Positions 33,891 to 37,527 of a stretch of DNA of 37,527 nucleotides are shown piece after piece; the first letter of the stretch is position 1, and each line of letters begins with the position of its first letter. This DNA is from Candidatus Woesearchaeota archaeon (lineage in GTDB: Archaea; Nanobdellota; Nanobdellia; Pacearchaeales; GW2011-AR1). The stretch is from assembly GCA_964408905.1 (NCBI GenBank), contig CAYPBD010000001.1, forward strand, positions 1 through 37,527, given 5' to 3'. The notes under the pieces are model-generated. The model had not been told where the DNA came from. It was given only the letters and a program-made list of their open reading frames with translations, and ran no database searches. The translations under genes were made by a program, and so were the position numbers.

Positions 33891-35303
33891 ATGAAAAAAC
33901 TTAAGTATTTACTATTAGCAGCAATATTAGCTTTAGTAGGTGCTTCATGCAACCTCAATCCAGAACAATGGCACCCTTCATGGTATACTCCAATAATGGA
34001 CCCAATAAAAATACATTTTAATAAAAAAGACCAAAAGAAAATTTTTGAAGATGAACAAGAATTAATACCTCTCATAAGACAGGCTCACGGCTCTGAATCA
34101 AATGTTATTCCTGATTTAGAAGGGCTTAATGATGATTCTTATCTTAAATCATTATATCAACCTCATCTCATTAATGTAGCAAATTATTCTTTTAATATGT
34201 GGAATACTTCTGCGATTAAACCAAGTTTAGATAAATTAGTTTATAGTTACATGTTAAGTGACTATGCATCCGGAGTTATGGAAAATAATACAACCTTATG
34301 GTTAAATGGTGTTCAGGGGGTGTTTGAAGACCCATATGAATATCCTTTCTTTTACAACGCAGGAAATGTATTCTCCCATGAAGTTACACATTTTCTCATG
34401 CATGACTGGGGATTAGAATCTGCTGGTCATGATGCATCTTATGAAGTACTTGATGGTAACAAGAAAATTAGAGAAAGAGTTGAAACTCATGCAAATTCCG
34501 CACAAATAAATTACGAACACATTGATTATTCTGCATTATATCAAATGGAAGGTTACGAAGACGCTTTTGACCAATCCGAAGATGTTTACATTGATAATCA
34601 AGAACCATTTGCACATACAACTAGTGGAATAGGGACAACAGTTGCATTTGATGATTTCTGGCATGTTAATTGTATTCCTGAAGAATTTATGGATATTTAT
34701 TTTGCAAAATTTATGAAGAAAAAAGAAAATAATCCTTTAGAAGGAAATGCTTATTATGTTCCTATGAGATATGATGATAAAGTAAAAATTGTGGAATATA
34801 ATAACAAAGGACAAGCAACTAAGAGAGTTAATCAGGAAAATGGAGTTCTGGATGCCACTGCAATAGAATTTGATGATTACAATTACTGTGTATATTTTAC
34901 AGATTTTAAATTTAATAATCCAGACAATTATTGGAATTCTGAAAATGCAAGTTCAGGAAACCTTGAACAAGTTGTATACCAGAGATTTGACAAAAATAAT
35001 TATGAAATACAACAGGAAGTTTTTGGCCAAGATTATTATACAGATAATGGTTTATTTGATTATTTAATTCTAACTGATTATGATGCAAATGGAAATTGGG
35101 AAAACATGAGACAAATTTATCCTCTTGATGCAGGAAAAGAAGTTTCTCCTCAGGAACTTAAAGAAATGCTTTATACAGGAGATTTCTCAAGTGTTGAATC
35201 TTCAAGTTCAAGATACACAACTAATAGAAATACTGCTAATGAAATTTATAATTATATACAGCCACAAGAATATCACATGAGAGATTTAGTTATTAATAAT
35301 TAA
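33891..35303 (+). CDS. putative lipoprotein with HExxH zinc-protease-like motif
   Basis: MKKLKYLLLAAILALVGASC is a lipobox-like signal with Cys at +1. FSHEVTHFLMHDWG contains HExxH. The rest is Asn/Tyr/Asp-rich with no family recognised. Confidence 0.6.
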   Translation: MKKLKYLLLAAILALVGASCNLNPEQWHPSWYTPIMDPIKIHFNKKDQKKIFEDEQELIPLIRQAHGSESNVIPDLEGLNDDSYLKSLYQPHLINVANYSFNMWNTSAIKPSLDKLVYSYMLSDYASGVMENNTTLWLNGVQGVFEDPYEYPFFYNAGNVFSHEVTHFLMHDWGLESAGHDASYEVLDGNKKIRERVETHANSAQINYEHIDYSALYQMEGYEDAFDQSEDVYIDNQEPFAHTTSGIGTTVAFDDFWHVNCIPEEFMDIYFAKFMKKKENNPLEGNAYYVPMRYDDKVKIVEYNNKGQATKRVNQENGVLDATAIEFDDYNYCVYFTDFKFNNPDNYWNSENASSGNLEQVVYQRFDKNNYEIQQEVFGQDYYTDNGLFDYLILTDYDANGNWENMRQIYPLDAGKEVSPQELKEMLYTGDFSSVESSSSRYTTNRNTANEIYNYIQPQEYHMRDLVINN

Positions 35304-36692
35304 TTACCAAAAACCATTTTCTCCAGTGCATTGATAATCATCAATATCATCTTCTGAAAAAGAACTAAAAGTTCCATCTTTAACATCTGTCAAATAATCT
35401 TCAAGAACAGAAATCGGAAATTTACAAGTACCTGAACTTCCTATAGTCTCTGCTAATGCATCATTTTGTTCTTGTTCCAAATCATCAATTTCTGAATCAT
35501 TCAAATCCTGGTCATCTTTTAATAATTGCCTTCCATCTTCAGTATAACTTCCATTTACACTCAACAACTCCTTATAAAATTCACATTTATTATCCTCCAA
35601 TCCTTTTATTTCATAATAATAAGAATGGTCTTGTATCCACCCAAGAATACTCATATCAATCGTAATATTATATTTCACCTTCGCAGGATGGCATGTTTCT
35701 GAGGCATTGATTAAGCAATCTATATCATCATTTTCACAAACAATAGTCTCAAGTTCAATCTCAATTTCTTCACACTCTCCTAGACAACAATCTCCCTCAG
35801 AAGAATTTATTGTAGTTCCATTACAAGTTTCTGTTCCAGAACAAATAGTTCCATTTTGCTCAGAACAACTAAGTATAATCTCACATTCTTGAATCTCATC
35901 AGGTTTATCATTTTCTGTTCCACATTCATTTAAATCAGTACACTCCCTTGTTTGTTCTTCATCTTCACATTCACTCCATTCAGTGCAGTTCCAATCTTCA
36001 ACACATTCCTCTGCTATTTTCTTTAATAAGAAATCTGCTTTTCCCTCAACAATATCATTTAATTTAATATAAAGGTCATATACTCCATCTTGTTCAAAAT
36101 CAATTTTTTTATTTTCACCAATTTTCAATGTTAAACTTACAGGATCACTTTGCACAGTCACACTAACAGAATCACCAGAAACTGAATCAACTGTCATAGA
36201 ATGCTGTTCATCATCTATCTTAAACTTGACTGCTTTATTTTCTTTTAAATCAAGTGAAATTCCTTGTGAAAGTTCTTCATCTGAAATTATTGAAGCATTT
36301 CTAATAATTAAAAAAACAATTAATCCAATCAAAAGAACTGCAAATATTCCTGCAAATACAAAAATTAAATTAATTTTTGGTTTAGCTTCCTTGTGTTTGC
36401 CCATAGTTGTCGCAGGATAACCTCCTTGAGAAGATATTGGTCTTTGCCTTGAAATTGGTTGTGAAGGTTGAATCGGTTGAACTGTTTTTCTTTGAACTGG
36501 TCTCCTCTGAACAGGTATTTGTCTTCTAGGTCTTTGAACAGGAGAGGGTTTTTTCTGAGTCACCAAATTAATTGCTTCATTTATATCAGAATTCTGCCAA
36601 CCTTTTGCAAATAAACTATTTTTTATTTGTGCAATAGGAATTTTCCTCGCTAAAGAAGCTTTAATATAATTTAAAAGTCTTGGGTCAGCCAT
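35304..36692 (-). CDS. single-pass membrane protein: small N-terminal cytoplasmic domain, Pro/Gln/Arg repeat linker, TM helix, acidic Cys-rich ectodomain
   Basis: An SD (GAGGTG) precedes the ATG at 36692. The linker is PVQRPRRQIPVQRRPVQRKTVQPIQPSQPISRQRPIS and the TM helix is INLIFVFAGIFAVLLIGLIVFLII. The ectodomain contains CVEDWNCTEWSECEDEEQTRECTDLNECG, a C..W.C..WS.C....Q.R.C.D.N.C module. Confidence 0.7.
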   Translation of the reverse strand: MADPRLLNYIKASLARKIPIAQIKNSLFAKGWQNSDINEAINLVTQKKPSPVQRPRRQIPVQRRPVQRKTVQPIQPSQPISRQRPISSQGGYPATTMGKHKEAKPKINLIFVFAGIFAVLLIGLIVFLIIRNASIISDEELSQGISLDLKENKAVKFKIDDEQHSMTVDSVSGDSVSVTVQSDPVSLTLKIGENKKIDFEQDGVYDLYIKLNDIVEGKADFLLKKIAEECVEDWNCTEWSECEDEEQTRECTDLNECGTENDKPDEIQECEIILSCSEQNGTICSGTETCNGTTINSSEGDCCLGECEEIEIELETIVCENDDIDCLINASETCHPAKVKYNITIDMSILGWIQDHSYYYEIKGLEDNKCEFYKELLSVNGSYTEDGRQLLKDDQDLNDSEIDDLEQEQNDALAETIGSSGTCKFPISVLEDYLTDVKDGTFSSFSEDDIDDYQCTGENGFW

Positions 36693-36783
36693 TTAACACC
36701 TCTCATTATTTTATTTAGAAAAACATCTTTTTAAGGATTTTGATATTAAGAAATTATTTAAATTAAAAAAACCTCAAATAAAA

Positions 36784-37092
36784 ATGCTACAAGGATATCA
36801 TCATAAAACTCCTCCTTTAACTAAAAAGGAAATTGAAGAAAGATATAAAGAAATTCAAGAAGAAATGCAAGAAGTTTTAAAATGGAAAAAAGAGGAAGAA
36901 GAAAAACTTAAAGATCCTAATTCATCTCCTCAAAAAAAAGGAGCAGCTAAAAGAGCTTTAGTAAAAATTGCTAGGAGAATTAATACAGTTAAAGGACAAA
37001 CAATTTATTGGGAACTTAGAGTAAAAGGAGAAAGCCATTTCAAAGCAAATTTAGAGAAAAATGAATTCTGGGCAAGTTGCAAAAAAGAATGA
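36784..37092 (+). CDS. hypothetical protein
   Basis: 102-aa ORF, Lys/Glu-rich and helical, with no motif recognised. Confidence 0.45.
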   Translation: MLQGYHHKTPPLTKKEIEERYKEIQEEMQEVLKWKKEEEEKLKDPNSSPQKKGAAKRALVKIARRINTVKGQTIYWELRVKGESHFKANLEKNEFWASCKKE

Positions 37093-37114
37093 TTTAATTC
37101 TTAAAAATATTAAT

Positions 37115-37146
37115 GGGAAGAAATAAACAGAAATTCATATCTTCCC
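37115..37146 (+). terminator. stem-loop downstream of ORF 36784..37092
   Basis: gggaaga (37115-37121) pairs with tcttccc (37140-37146), giving a 7-bp stem and an 18-nt loop. It begins 22 nt after the stop. Confidence 0.25.
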
Positions 37147-37253
37147 TTATCTAACCGAAGTCAGATAACCTTAACCGAAGTTAAGTAATATTATTAGAAG
37201 AATTTAGTTTAAATAGGTTCTGGTACGCCCTCAACAAAATGACTGAGGGAGTT

Positions 37254-37439
37254 TTATTTCTTTCTCTTTAAGAATAATACAGGAATTAATGTGCCCAAAG
37301 CTACAGCACCAATAAAAGCCCCAAGAACTTTTACCCAGATTTCTGGAGAAATTAATCCTCCAATATATGAACCTAAAAATCCTCCTATAGTTGCTGAAAT
37401 TATTGCAACTAAAATTCTTTTACCTAATTTTTTAGCCAT
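37254..37439 (-). CDS. small glycine-zipper membrane protein
   Basis: 61 aa with two TM segments carrying GxxxG-like spacing (IGGFLGSYIGGLI, LGAFIGAVALGTLI) and basic termini. Confidence 0.5.
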   Translation of the reverse strand: MAKKLGKRILVAIISATIGGFLGSYIGGLISPEIWVKVLGAFIGAVALGTLIPVLFLKRKK

Positions 37440-37473
37440 GTTTATGAAATGAATTACAAATTTTTAAATCTTA

Positions 37474-37527
37474 CGCCCACGCCGGGAGTCGAACCCGGGT
37501 TATGTCCGCGACAGGGACATGTCATAG
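37474..37527 (-). tRNA. tRNA-Asp (anticodon GUC), 5' part outside window
   Basis: Reverse complement: ...CTATGAC A TGTCC CTGTCGC GGACA TAAC CCGGG TTCGACT CCCGG CGTGGGC G. The anticodon loop is cuGUCgc, the T arm and 3' acceptor strand are intact, and the discriminator is G. The 5' acceptor strand and part of the D arm lie beyond nt 37527. Confidence 0.8.

Noticed and set aside
1-37527. CRISPR arrays, cas genes, integrases, transposases, IS elements, rRNA genes
   Set aside because: Reading both strands, I found no regularly spaced short repeats and no recognisable cas, integrase, transposase or rRNA sequence. The only sizeable repeat is the two-copy 64-bp element at 1106/1371.

Overview
Strongly AT-rich, tightly packed archaeal chromosome segment. 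All family names below come from motif recognition by eye; no database search was possible.

**Origin.** It most resembles a small-genome DPANN-type archaeon. The evidence is a group II chaperonin (thermosome), ribosomal proteins uL16/L10e and eL33/L35Ae, an archaeal/eukaryal-type GluRS, a tRNA-Tyr with a C1:G72 pair, class III (pilin-type) signal peptides and GGAGG-type ribosome-binding sites.

**Content.** I can support about 45 protein genes and 5 tRNAs: His, Val, Gly, Tyr and a 5'-truncated Asp at the right edge. I saw no rRNA, CRISPR array, integrase or transposase. Housekeeping genes (hisS, GluRS, thermosome, r-proteins, two ABC exporters, MFS, EamA, U32, GT2) are interleaved with lineage-specific genes of unknown function and many surface or secreted proteins.

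**Most noteworthy observations:**
1. A translationally coupled three-gene operon (1520-3919, minus strand) encodes an OGG-fold/HhH-like protein, a DUF2779-type dual nuclease and a MazF/PemK-like toxin. No recognisable antitoxin is present.
2. Next to it lies an unusually long 524-bp non-coding region with a 64-bp direct repeat (61/64 identical) flanking a 201-bp AT-rich core. Three small, tightly packed winged-helix-like genes follow.
3. A GluRS ends exactly at the catalytic/anticodon-binding domain boundary.
4. A four-gene plus-strand block (11159-16768) encodes an unknown 489-aa protein, an acidic disordered protein, a xylose-isomerase/EndoIV-like TIM barrel and an ABC exporter. The TIM barrel carries an insertion of about 230 aa and Gly/Tyr/Gln-rich tails.
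5. tRNA-His with a genomically encoded G-1 sits 17 nt upstream of hisS.
6. There are two paralogous Pol-beta-type nucleotidyltransferases, an unknown 83-aa gene wedged between eL33 and uL16, and highly acidic micro-ORFs flanking a metzincin protease.
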